From Candidatus Aminicenantales bacterium (GTDB taxonomy: Bacteria; Acidobacteriota; Aminicenantia; Aminicenantales; UBA4085): 64,000 bases of DNA. Shown here piece by piece: positions 19,433 through 28,646 of the stretch (positions are counted from its first letter, which is position 1; each line of letters begins with the position of its first letter). Position numbers and translations under genes: made by a program. The notes under the pieces were generated by a model. It had not been told where the DNA came from. It saw only the letters and a list, made by a program, of their open reading frames with translations, and ran no database searches. The stretch is taken from contig JBEKTZ010000006.1 of NCBI GenBank assembly GCA_049515535.1, positions 1-64,000 on the forward strand. The letters are read 5' to 3'.

Positions 19433-19804
19433 TTATCGCTTATTTTTTGGAAGGGTTCCATTCTTCAACCGATATTCATATGTGTTTTCTTTAGGGCACC
19501 TATTGATTATGTTCTCCTCTTCTACAGGATACCAACCTGGATCATCGCGAGGGGGAACCATCGTCCAATAGACCAAATCATCTTCCTCGAAATAGGTGAT
19601 TTTTGTTTTATAAAACCAGCCTTGATATCCAAATTTCCTAATATGCTCGACCAACTTGGAAAAGAGAATATGATCGACCCGATCCTTTACAATATAGTGA
19701 TGAGGCCACGTGGCAGCATACGTTTTTGCATAAATCCAATCGACATTTTCGACAAAAGCTCTTAATTCATCCGTAAATCTTTCCATTTTTCCTCGGAGTT
19801 GCAT
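19433..19804 (-). CDS. Hypothetical protein (W.YAKT...WPH.YIV motif)
   Basis: AT-rich 123-aa ORF with a conserved-looking motif. Confidence 0.7.
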   Translation of the reverse strand: MQLRGKMERFTDELRAFVENVDWIYAKTYAATWPHHYIVKDRVDHILFSKLVEHIRKFGYQGWFYKTKITYFEEDDLVYWTMVPPRDDPGWYPVEEENIINRCPKENTYEYRLKNGTLPKNKR

Positions 19805-19809
19805 ATTTC

Positions 19810-20024
19810 GGTGACAGACAACTCATTATAAATCAAATCGGAGACACAATACGCAGTTCCCTATTTCCGGGAGTGCTGGGGTGAGCAAAATTTGAATAAG
19901 AGGGAAACACAATACCTATTTCCTTATTTTTGGGAGTCCAGGGGTATGCGGAATCGTGGACTGTGTCTCACAATTACTCAATTAAAATAGTTGAAATAAT
20001 TTAGTGGTTGAGTTGACTGTCACC
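19810..20024. repeat. Outer 16-bp inverted repeat (C) enclosing family B copies
   Basis: GGTGACAGACAACTCA (19810-19825) versus TGAGTTGACTGTCACC (20009-20024), 15/16 complementary. Confidence 0.8.
19840..19975 (+). repeat. Family B repeat, tandem pair
   Basis: GGAGACACAATAC..TTCCGGGAGTGCTGGGG...GGAAACACAATACC..TGGGAGT...TGTGTCTC. Confidence 0.85.
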
Positions 20025-20102
20025 AAAATTATTGAGGCGGGGAGACAATTTTGATAGAATTCGAGCCAGTCCGTTGAACCTGTACGAGGGAGGAGGCATC
20101 CG

Positions 20103-20888
20103 ATGGGTAAACCGGGAAAAATCAGGTCCGTGACAGGCTCCGTCCGTTCGATTTTGGCCATGGTTTTCTGGGGCGTCCTACTCTTGGTGCTCGTCGTTCT
20201 GGGCTATCAGTTCTTCAAGATGAAGATGCTGGTCGGGCACTACAAGGCGGGCGTCGTAGAGATCACCCAGAAATACCAAAGCGTCTTGGATGAATACAAC
20301 CGGGCTGTGGACAAGTTCAATGTCCTCAAATCGCGCTACAACGAGGTCCTGGCCCGGACGGTCATCACCGAGCTCAAGGTCGAGAACAACAAGTGCTCCG
20401 TCATCCTCAAGAACTTGGAGGGTGTCCTGGCCGAGATCCCCGTCGAGGTCAATCTCGGCAAAGAAGTATTCATCGATTACATCTTTTTCGACAACCGGCT
20501 CTTCATCCGCCGTGTGTTCGATGCGGGCACCGCGCCCGAGCGCGCCGCGGACATCCTCGCCCTCCAAAACGTCCGGGGATTCCTGCCGGCGGCAATCGAC
20601 TGGAGCGACCCGAAATTCCGCTATGGCAAGAGCATCTATCGGAAGCTTGCGGACGGCACCTGGATGATCACGGTGACGGGCGGCGGGGCGTTGGATATCG
20701 ACCGGAAGGAAAACATCCCCCATCTCGAGTTCATCAGCCCGCTCGAAGGTTTTCTCCTCAAGGACTACAAGCCCGAAAGCGGCGAACTCCTGCAGAAGGC
20801 GTTCGACGAGAAGATCAACAAATACTCGGCGGAACTGGGCGTCCTCGATGTCCTGAAATTCGCCCTCGGCATTTCGGGCGGCAAATAG
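20103..20888 (+). CDS. Hypothetical membrane-anchored coiled-coil protein
   Basis: GGAGGAGG RBS, N-terminal TM, coiled-coil segment; flanked by family B repeats. Confidence 0.8.
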   Translation: MGKPGKIRSVTGSVRSILAMVFWGVLLLVLVVLGYQFFKMKMLVGHYKAGVVEITQKYQSVLDEYNRAVDKFNVLKSRYNEVLARTVITELKVENNKCSVILKNLEGVLAEIPVEVNLGKEVFIDYIFFDNRLFIRRVFDAGTAPERAADILALQNVRGFLPAAIDWSDPKFRYGKSIYRKLADGTWMITVTGGGALDIDRKENIPHLEFISPLEGFLLKDYKPESGELLQKAFDEKINKYSAELGVLDVLKFALGISGGK

Positions 20889-20987
20889 GGGGGCGGGCCA
20901 TCAAGAAAATCATCGTCCCGGTGGTGATGTGCTTGATGCGTTGTTCTTGCTTCTAAGCGCGCAGAAATAGGAAAAAGGAAGGAAAAA

Positions 20988-21063
20988 GGAGACACAATAC
21001 GCAGTTCCCTATTTCCGGGAGTGCTGGGGTTGGCAGAATTAGGGAATTAGGTATTGTGTCTCC
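20988..21063 (+). repeat. Family B hairpin repeat (complete)
   Basis: Perfect 13-bp terminal IR GGAGACACAATAC/GTATTGTGTCTCC, extendable to 20/23 bp. Confidence 0.92.
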
Positions 21064-21072
21064 CAATTACCC

Positions 21073-21110
21073 GATTTCAAAACCGCTTTGGCAAGTCGAA
21101 GAGGGGGAAG
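21073..21110 (+). repeat. Family A half copy
   Basis: ATTTCAAAACCGCTTTGGCAAGTCGAAGAGGGGG. Confidence 0.65.
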
Positions 21111-21128
21111 AATGAAAGTGCCGAGCGG

Positions 21129-22451
21129 CTATTTGCCAACGAGCGGGTTCCCAACCGCCCTTTGGAGCGTCAGTTTGCTGAGGACGAATTGATAAAGGGC
21201 CCGGAGCTTGGCGAACTCAGCTTCCGTTAAGGCGTCTTCGGTGTCAAGCAGGTCCAGGTTGGTAATCGTGCCGGCCTCGTAGCGGGCTTGGGCATAGGCC
21301 ATGGCCTTTTTTGCCTGCTCGATGTTGACCTCGACGGCCTTCAATTTCTGGTCGCTTGCCCTGACGTCGGAGATGGCCTGCCGGACTTCGGTTTTGATCA
21401 TCGCCTCGAGCTCCTGGTTCCGGTCTTCGAACGTCTTGAGATTTGCCGTCGCTTGCATTTTCTGCGCCCGGCCGAGGTGTCCGTCGAAGACGGATACGCT
21501 CGCCGAGACGGCGGCGACAAAATTAAGTTTGACCGTGTTGAGATTGGGAATATAGCCGTTTTTCGCGCCGAAAAGAACGTTAGCGCTAATGACTGGCAAA
21601 TGGGTCAGGCTCGCGAGAAGGACCTCGATATTGGCCGATTTCATTAAATTCTGGATAGACCGTGTCTCGGGCCGCTGCAGCCGGGCGAGCCGGATGAGCT
21701 CGTCGGCGTCGAGCGGCATCGGCTGATAGCGGAATTCGCCGCTCAACTCGAATGGCGCCTCGTCCTCGAGCTTCATCAGCTGCTGCAAGCCGAGGGTCTG
21801 TTTCTCGATCATGTTTTGGAGGTCCACGACCTGATTTTGGGCCGCCACCACCCGGACCTGAGTGTTGAGGACTTCGAGCTCCGTGGCCGTCCCGGCGGCG
21901 ACCTTTTTCCGGGCTATATCCAGGTGGTCGGAGAGCGCTTTGACATGGTCGGATTGAACCCTGAGGCTTTCGCGGAGGAAGAGGATCGAGTCGCAGAGCT
22001 GCACGGTTTGGAAGGCCATGTCCCGCTTCAGGAGTTCCCAGCGGTCCACGGCGCTCTCGACTTGGGACTCGGCCAGGGCGATGGATTCCTTCGTCCGTTT
22101 CCCGTCGTAAAGCAGCTGGCGGACGCCGGCATGGATGTCATAGTTGTCGGCCGGAAACAACTGGAAGGTGCCAAAACCCGGGAACGTCAATTCCTCGACC
22201 GGCCCGATGCGGCTGTAGGACGCGTCTCCCCGGACGTTCGGAAGGAGGCCGCTTTTCAACTGATCGACGCGGGCCTTGATGACGGCGATGGCATCCTCGG
22301 CTTCCTTGAGGGTTAAATTTTGGGCAATGACTTTTTGGACCGTTTCCTGGACGGTTAAGGCCTCCGGCTTGTCCACCTGGGCATATCCGTTCAGGGCCAG
22401 CGAAAGACAAATGACGGTCCCAATCGTCGAACGACGCGTATTCTTTCTCAT
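21129..22451 (-). CDS. TolC-family outer membrane efflux protein
   Basis: Signal peptide, two OEP repeats, RYEAGTITNLDLLD. Confidence 0.9.
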   Translation of the reverse strand: MRKNTRRSTIGTVICLSLALNGYAQVDKPEALTVQETVQKVIAQNLTLKEAEDAIAVIKARVDQLKSGLLPNVRGDASYSRIGPVEELTFPGFGTFQLFPADNYDIHAGVRQLLYDGKRTKESIALAESQVESAVDRWELLKRDMAFQTVQLCDSILFLRESLRVQSDHVKALSDHLDIARKKVAAGTATELEVLNTQVRVVAAQNQVVDLQNMIEKQTLGLQQLMKLEDEAPFELSGEFRYQPMPLDADELIRLARLQRPETRSIQNLMKSANIEVLLASLTHLPVISANVLFGAKNGYIPNLNTVKLNFVAAVSASVSVFDGHLGRAQKMQATANLKTFEDRNQELEAMIKTEVRQAISDVRASDQKLKAVEVNIEQAKKAMAYAQARYEAGTITNLDLLDTEDALTEAEFAKLRALYQFVLSKLTLQRAVGNPLVGK

Positions 22452-22473
22452 CCTGATTCACCTTTCGATCAAA

Positions 22474-24093
22474 CTAATCCACGGCCGCGCTTCCCGTTCT
22501 CCGTTTCAGTTTCGGCGTTTTCAGAAGGAACAGGAAAATCAAACAGAGAAACGTGACGCCGGCCGCGACGAGAAAATCATCATTGATGGCGGCGACGCCG
22601 GCTTGTTTGCCGACGTGGGACAAGGCCAATGCCTTGGCCCGCGAGGCGGCTTCGGCTCCCGTCCCGCCGAGAGCTCTCTGGGAGAAGTATTGAAGACGGA
22701 GGAGGACGTTCTTAAAAACGGGGGAATTGGGGTCGACGGCGCCACCAAAGATCGTCGAATGAAAAACGACGCGTTGCGCCATGAGCGTCGCGAAGATGGC
22801 CACGCCGAAGCTGCCGCCCACCTGGCGGATGACATTGAACATCCCCGACGCTTGGGCCATCCTGTCGCGAGGGATGGCGGCGAGGGCCAGGGTGTTGAGC
22901 GGAGTGAAGAGCAGCCCCATCCCGATCCCGCGGAGGGCGAAGGACGTGAGGATCTGGGTCTGCTCGGAATAGAGCGACAGAAAATGGTTCAGATAAAAGC
23001 TGCCGGCCATCATCGAGATCCCGATGAACGCGGGGATCTTGGGGTTGACCCGGTCCGAAAGAAAACCCGCGACGGGGGAGATCATGCCCTGGAGGATTCC
23101 GAGAGGCAGAAACAGGAGCCCGGCCTGCAAGGCTGTATAGCCGAGCGAGTTCTGGAGGTAGAGGGGCATCAGAAACGTGCTGCCGAACATGCCCAGCCCG
23201 AAGACGAAGAGAGCCAGGTTAGACATACCGAAATTCTGGTATTTGAACAGGCTCAGGTCGATCAGCGGATGCTTGACCGTGAATTCGACGATGAGGAAGA
23301 CCGTCAGCCCGACCGCGGCCAGGGCGAAGCACGTCAGAATGAACGTCGACGTCCACCCGCCGGTATTCCATGTGGCGTTGCCGTTCGTCAGGGCGAGCAA
23401 GAGAAACGATAAAAAAACCGCGACCGAGAGAAAGCCGACGATGTCGAACGACCGGATCCGTTCGGATCTGTACTCCCGTTGGATGAGCACCGTGGCCGTG
23501 ATCCCGATCACGCCGACGGGAATATTGACGTCGAAGATCGTGTGCCAGGCGAAATGGTCGACCAGATAGCCTCCGATCATCGGCCCGAACGAGACGGACG
23601 CCGCGGAGGCGATGGCCCAGAACCCCAGGGCCATGCCGCGCTCCTCGACGGGAAATTCTCGGGTGACAATGGCCATCCCGACGGGCATCAGGAACCCTGC
23701 CCCGGCGCCTTGGATGACGCGGAAGAAAATCAGGCTGCTGAGGCTCCAGGACAGGGAACATAGGAGGGACCCGACGGTGAACAGAGTGAGCGCCAGCAGA
23801 TACGTCCGCTTATAGCCCAGATGATCGGCCACCCAGCCCGAGGTCGGGAGCATGACGGCGAAGACCAGCATGTACGCCGTGACCACCCATTCCGCCCGGT
23901 CGAGGGTAACCCCGAAGACGCCCATGATCTTGGGCAGGGCGACGTTGACGATCGTCGAATCGAGGACGGCCATGAACGTCCCGATCATGATGTTTATCAG
24001 CACCCACCAGCGGTAAAACGAATGTTGAGGGTGCAGCGATGGGATCTGCCGAACGGCTTGTCGCTGGAGGGAGCGGGCGATGTTGACGACCAT
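22474..24093 (-). CDS. DHA2-family MFS efflux permease (EmrB/QacA-like)
   Basis: GTFMAVLDSTIVNVALP, FRVIQGAGAG, RQVGGSFGVA. Confidence 0.93.
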   Translation of the reverse strand: MVVNIARSLQRQAVRQIPSLHPQHSFYRWWVLINIMIGTFMAVLDSTIVNVALPKIMGVFGVTLDRAEWVVTAYMLVFAVMLPTSGWVADHLGYKRTYLLALTLFTVGSLLCSLSWSLSSLIFFRVIQGAGAGFLMPVGMAIVTREFPVEERGMALGFWAIASAASVSFGPMIGGYLVDHFAWHTIFDVNIPVGVIGITATVLIQREYRSERIRSFDIVGFLSVAVFLSFLLLALTNGNATWNTGGWTSTFILTCFALAAVGLTVFLIVEFTVKHPLIDLSLFKYQNFGMSNLALFVFGLGMFGSTFLMPLYLQNSLGYTALQAGLLFLPLGILQGMISPVAGFLSDRVNPKIPAFIGISMMAGSFYLNHFLSLYSEQTQILTSFALRGIGMGLLFTPLNTLALAAIPRDRMAQASGMFNVIRQVGGSFGVAIFATLMAQRVVFHSTIFGGAVDPNSPVFKNVLLRLQYFSQRALGGTGAEAASRAKALALSHVGKQAGVAAINDDFLVAAGVTFLCLIFLFLLKTPKLKRRTGSAAVD

Positions 24094-24102
24094 AACCGAC
24101 TT

Positions 24103-25068
24103 CTACCGGACGCGGATTTTGACCTCGGCCGACATCCCGGGCCGGAGCGGGAATTTATTCCGGACCTCGGGCGTCAGTTCGTCCAGATAAATCCGGAGCG
24201 GCACCCGCTGCGTGATCTTGGTGAAATTTCCCGATGCGTTGTTGGGCGGGATAAGAGAAAATTGAGCGGCGGTGTAGTCTCCGATGAGCCCGACCTTGGC
24301 CGGAAAAACGCGGCCGGGATAGGTGTCGACATTGACCTCGACGTCGTTCTGGAGCTTCACTTTTTCCAGCTTCGTCTCTTCCAAGTTCACGGTCACCCAG
24401 ATCCGATGGATGTCGTAGATCGTAAAAATCGGCTGGCCAGGTTGGACGACGTCGCCTTCGAGCAGCCAACGCTTGGCGACGACCCCATCGAAGGGCGCCG
24501 CGAGGGTCATGTTCTGAAGCTGAGCTTCGACGACGCCCAATTGGGACTTGGCGACGCCGACCCGGGACTGGGCGATGGCGTATTCGGCCCGGGCGGCGTC
24601 CAAGGTTTTTTGGGCGTGGCTGTATTGCTCCTGGGTGATCACCGCGCCCTTGATTTGGACATCGGCCCGGTCGTAGTCCTCGGTCGCCCGGTCGAGATTG
24701 ACCTTCGATAACGGCAGACTCACCTGGGCCAAGCCGAGATTGGCCTTGGCCTGCTCCATCTGGGCCCGCAGGTCCGTATCATCCAACCGGGCAAGGACGT
24801 CCCCTTTTTTCACGGCGGATCCCTCGTCGGCGGCGATCTGAACGATGCGGCCGAGGACTTTGGTACTGACCGAAACCCGGTCGGCGTCGAGATAGGCGTC
24901 GTCGGTCGAGACGAAGTTGCGCAGGTTCTGATACCAGTACCACGCCCCGAACGCGACGGCGAGGATAAAAACGACAAAGGGGATCAGGACCCGTTTTTTC
25001 CGGTACAGCGGGACATGATTGATGTCTTCATCCTTCGTATCCGTATTCGTTTTACTCTCTTCCGTCAT
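24103..25068 (-). CDS. HlyD/EmrA-family secretion protein
   Basis: STDDAYL, FSLIPPNNASGNFTKITQRVP, LRPGMS. Confidence 0.93.
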   Translation of the reverse strand: MTEESKTNTDTKDEDINHVPLYRKKRVLIPFVVFILAVAFGAWYWYQNLRNFVSTDDAYLDADRVSVSTKVLGRIVQIAADEGSAVKKGDVLARLDDTDLRAQMEQAKANLGLAQVSLPLSKVNLDRATEDYDRADVQIKGAVITQEQYSHAQKTLDAARAEYAIAQSRVGVAKSQLGVVEAQLQNMTLAAPFDGVVAKRWLLEGDVVQPGQPIFTIYDIHRIWVTVNLEETKLEKVKLQNDVEVNVDTYPGRVFPAKVGLIGDYTAAQFSLIPPNNASGNFTKITQRVPLRIYLDELTPEVRNKFPLRPGMSAEVKIRVR

Positions 25069-25528
25069 GGGCTGTTCTCCTCGATTCCAAGTTGGCGCGA
25101 ACCCGGGTTAAGAGAGTCCCTAGAGTTCGCTTGTCTTTGTCCGTCAATCCTTTGAGCAGGTCGTGTTCCTGTTCCCGCCAAAGCCGATGCACCGGCGCGA
25201 CCAAGGACCGGCCCTTTCGGGTTGCATGAACTCTCGTTACCCGGGCATCCGTCTGGTCCGTCCGGCGCCGGACGAGTCCGGTCTTTTCCATGCGCCGGAG
25301 CATAATGCTGATCGTGGCCTGTTCGACGCCGAGCCGCTCGGCGAGCCGGCTCTGGGAAAGTGCCTCCTGGTCCGCGAGCTGGAGCAGGATCAATTCTTGC
25401 CCAAGCCTCAGCCCCAGCCGAGCCAGTTTCCGCTCGCCGCTTTGCCGGAGGGCCCGTTGGGCCCGGATGAGGGCGACCCCGACATAGCCTTCGACCCCGT
25501 TCGGGGTCCTCCGTCCGGCTCTCGGCAT
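25052..25528 (-). CDS. MarR-family transcriptional regulator
   Basis: wHTH QSRLAERLGVEQATIS, D.RVTRVHAT.KGR. Confidence 0.9.
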   Translation of the reverse strand: MPRAGRRTPNGVEGYVGVALIRAQRALRQSGERKLARLGLRLGQELILLQLADQEALSQSRLAERLGVEQATISIMLRRMEKTGLVRRRTDQTDARVTRVHATRKGRSLVAPVHRLWREQEHDLLKGLTDKDKRTLGTLLTRVRANLESRRTAHDGRE

Positions 25529-25547
25529 CGCGACGTTCTCCTGAAAT

Positions 25548-25592
25548 TAATTAAACGTCTAAGTATTATAGGCGGGAGCCGCTATATGTCAA
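25548..25592 (-). promoter_or_regulatory. Promoter and probable MarR operator
   Basis: TTGACA-16 bp-TATAAT on the minus strand, followed by the imperfect palindrome TTAGACGTTTAA. Confidence 0.65.
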
Positions 25593-25687
25593 GATGGCGC
25601 GATTCGCGTTCTTGACAGACGTTTTCTCCTAGGAATATGATTCATCCTTAATTTCCGTTTAGACTCTTTATTAAAGGAGACGACATC

Positions 25688-27505
25688 ATGAGGAAGAATC
25701 GGTTGCGGATGCTGACGCTCGTCGTCGCGGCCCTGGCCCTTTTCGCCATCCTGCCGCTGCGGGCTACGAACGAGGTCATCAACTATGAGGACATCGCCAA
25801 GATCAAGGCCGAAGGCCTGCAGCATTCACAGGTCATGGAGATCGCAAGCTGGCTGTCGGACGTGTATGCCCCGCGGCTGATGGGTTCGCCGATGTACACC
25901 AAGGCCGCCGATTGGGCCATCGCCAAGATGAAGGAATGGGGCCTGGTGAACGTCAAGGCCGAGCCCTGGGTCAACCGCAACGGGTTCGACCGCGGCTGGA
26001 CGAACGACAAGTATTACATGGCCGTCGTTTCGCCCGAGCCGTTCCCCATTCCGGGAACGCCGACCGGCTGGACGCCGGGCACGAACGGCCTCGTGCGCGG
26101 CGAAGCGGTGCTCGTGACCGCCACAACGCCCGAGGAGCTGGCCGCCTATAAGGGCAAGCTGAAGGGCAAATGGGTCCTGACGCAGGCCGTCCCCGAGGTC
26201 CCGGCGTATTGGACCGTGCTCTCGAAGCGCTACACGCTCGACGAGCTGGCCGCCATGGAGCTCAACCCGGCGCCGGGACTACTCGAGTTCGGCGTCACGC
26301 CTCCGGGTCAAAGAGCCGGCGCCCCCGTCGTCACGGCCCCGGCCGCTCCCGCGCCTCAGGTCAAGCCAGCCGCCGCCCAAGCCGCCGCTCCGGCCGCGGC
26401 GCAGCAGCCGGCCCAGAAGCCGCAGGCCCAACAGCCGGCGGCCCCCGCCGCGGGCCAGCGCGGGGGGTTCGGCGCGATGAACGCCCGTAACGAATTCTTC
26501 CGGGCCGAGGGGGTCCTCGGCTTGCTTTCGACGGCGCCGCGCGGCCACGGCATTTATGTGATCAGCGGCAACCGGGCGAGCGACCCGGCGACCACCCTCC
26601 CCGCGATCGTGATCCCGGCCGAGCAATACGGCCGGATCGGACGGATCCTGGCTAAGAAGATCCCGGTGACCATCGAGGCCGACATCAAGAACACATACTA
26701 TCCGAACCCGCAGGTCTTCAACGTCGTGGGCGAGCTTCCGGGCTCGGATAAGGCGGACGAGCTCGTCATGCTCGGCGGGCATCTCGACTGTTGGCACGCC
26801 GCCACGGGCGCGGCCGACAACGGCGCCGGCGTCACGGCCATGATGGAGGCGATGCGCATCCTCAAGGCGACCGGCGTCAAGCTGCGCCGCACCGTGCGGA
26901 TCGGGCTGTGGGGCGGCGAGGAGCAGGGCCTCCTCGGCTCACGGGAATACGTGGCGGCCCATTTCGCCAGCAGGCAAGCGCTCGCGGCCCCGGCCGGGAC
27001 GGTTCCGGCGGCGGGTGCGCCTCCCGCAGCGGGTGTGCCCCCGGCGGCCGCTGGCCAGCGCGGCGGCGGATTCGGCGGACCCCAGGGCCCGCTGGAGTTC
27101 AAGCCGGAATACAACAAGCTCTCGGCTTACTACAACATCGACAACGGCACGGGCGCGATCCGGGGCATTTATCTCCAGGGCGACGACGCCGCCGGGCCGA
27201 TCTTCCGCGAATGGATCGAGCCGCTCCGCAGCATGGGCATGACGACCGTCACGATCCGGAACACGGGCGGTACCGACCACCAGTCGTTCGACGGCGTGGG
27301 CCTGCCGGGCTTCCAGTTCATTCAGGACGAGACCGAGTACAACGCGATCATCCACCACACGAATCTGGACACGTACGAGCGCCTGCAGCCGAACGACATG
27401 ATGAAGGACGCGACGATCGCCGCGGTGTTCGTCTACCTCACGGCCAACCGCGAGGAAAAAATCCCGCGGAAGCCGTTGGCGACCGCAGGACAGAGAGGCC
27501 GGTAA
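25688..27505 (+). CDS. M28/M20-family secreted peptidase (carboxypeptidase Q-like) with Ala/Pro-rich inserts
   Basis: GGHLDCWH..TGAADNGAG, GEEQGLLGS, NIDNGTG, GGTDH, HHTNLDT. Confidence 0.9.
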   Translation: MRKNRLRMLTLVVAALALFAILPLRATNEVINYEDIAKIKAEGLQHSQVMEIASWLSDVYAPRLMGSPMYTKAADWAIAKMKEWGLVNVKAEPWVNRNGFDRGWTNDKYYMAVVSPEPFPIPGTPTGWTPGTNGLVRGEAVLVTATTPEELAAYKGKLKGKWVLTQAVPEVPAYWTVLSKRYTLDELAAMELNPAPGLLEFGVTPPGQRAGAPVVTAPAAPAPQVKPAAAQAAAPAAAQQPAQKPQAQQPAAPAAGQRGGFGAMNARNEFFRAEGVLGLLSTAPRGHGIYVISGNRASDPATTLPAIVIPAEQYGRIGRILAKKIPVTIEADIKNTYYPNPQVFNVVGELPGSDKADELVMLGGHLDCWHAATGAADNGAGVTAMMEAMRILKATGVKLRRTVRIGLWGGEEQGLLGSREYVAAHFASRQALAAPAGTVPAAGAPPAAGVPPAAAGQRGGGFGGPQGPLEFKPEYNKLSAYYNIDNGTGAIRGIYLQGDDAAGPIFREWIEPLRSMGMTTVTIRNTGGTDHQSFDGVGLPGFQFIQDETEYNAIIHHTNLDTYERLQPNDMMKDATIAAVFVYLTANREEKIPRKPLATAGQRGR

Positions 27506-27696
27506 GAAGGATCTGAATCCCGGAAGTTCGGCCCGACCTCGCTATCGGGGGTTCGGGCCTATGGCGGAGGGCCGCCATTTCATAGATCGCAAAGAGCACA
27601 AGACACAAAGTCCTTCACAATTTTTGATTTATCTGGGTCTTGCTTTCTGCGTATTTTAGCAATTCTGCTCTTTTTTCTTTGAATTCCGTTTGCCAG

Positions 27697-28395
27697 TTAC
27701 TTCTTCACCGAATATCCCACCGTTTGGGCGTAGAGCACGCGCTGTTCAGGCCGCAGCTTCATCTTCTTAGCTATGCCTTCCTTATCGCAATTGTGGAACC
27801 AAGCCGCCAGACCTTGTGAGGCGGCGAATAAGTGGACGTTTGCGGCAATGAGCCCGGTGGCGACGTCATAATAGGACTTCTGGATCTCCGGATCCCACAG
27901 ACCCGGTTCCTGAAACCCCGCTGTCCTGTATTTAGCGATGTCCGCGACATAAATAAGATTTACCGGAGCTTTGCCGACCGCGGTGCCTTGTTGACCGCGA
28001 CTAATAGCCATCTCGCGCAGATCACCGGCGACAACGGGAATCAAACGATGAGGAAGCGCCTCGTAGAGGTAGATTCCTTCGGGAAGGGCGACATAAAGAT
28101 CGATTTCCCGCGAGTTACTCGCCGACGCGGCCGTTCTTCCAATCTGTCCGAATGGTCCATTCTCCCGGTTTACGCCGAATGCCGCCCAGAGAAGGTTGGA
28201 CAGCGTCTGCGGGGGTAATATCTTGGCGCTGATGTCGCGGTCAGTCTTTCTTTCCTTAAGCGCCGCCAGCACGGACTTACCGCCGCTCGTCCGGGGTTTC
28301 GGAAGCGAGATCGGTTGGAGGTCCTGGGGGGAGATTGATCCTGCGCCGGCCGATGAGGTCTTTACGAATTTTCCATGATTCATCTGATCCTCCAA
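27697..28395 (-). CDS. Nitroreductase/SagB-ThcOx family protein
   Basis: ALKERKT.R, LSNLLWAAFG.NR, RTA.SA.N, AQTVGY. Confidence 0.85.
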   Translation of the reverse strand: MEDQMNHGKFVKTSSAGAGSISPQDLQPISLPKPRTSGGKSVLAALKERKTDRDISAKILPPQTLSNLLWAAFGVNRENGPFGQIGRTAASASNSREIDLYVALPEGIYLYEALPHRLIPVVAGDLREMAISRGQQGTAVGKAPVNLIYVADIAKYRTAGFQEPGLWDPEIQKSYYDVATGLIAANVHLFAASQGLAAWFHNCDKEGIAKKMKLRPEQRVLYAQTVGYSVKK

Positions 28396-28587
28396 TTTTT
28401 GATTAGTTTGGGATAGAATTAATTTAGGATATCATAATTGTTCAATAAGCAGCTAAAAGTTCAGCGCGTCAGGGGGCCGAGATATTTTGCCGGAGTGAAA
28501 AAAGAGATTATTTTGAATTGTCTTTCAAAAAAGAACAAATATCTGAATTAATATCCTTCTGAGAAGGATAACAATACTAATTTGTGC

Positions 28588-28644
28588 TTGACACAATAAT
28601 TATCCCTGCTAAAATATAATCAATACTCATTCTAGCAGGGATAA
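28588..28644 (+). promoter_or_regulatory. Promoter with an overlapping 16-bp inverted repeat
   Basis: TTGACA-16 bp-TAAAAT; TTATCCCTGCTAAAAT (28600-28615) versus ATTCTAGCAGGGATAA (28629-28644), 15/16 complementary. Confidence 0.7.
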
Positions 28645-28646
28645 AA

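Noticed and set aside
26300..26470. Ala/Pro/Gln-rich low-complexity insert in the peptidase
   Set aside because: An ordinary flexible linker with no exact tandem unit.
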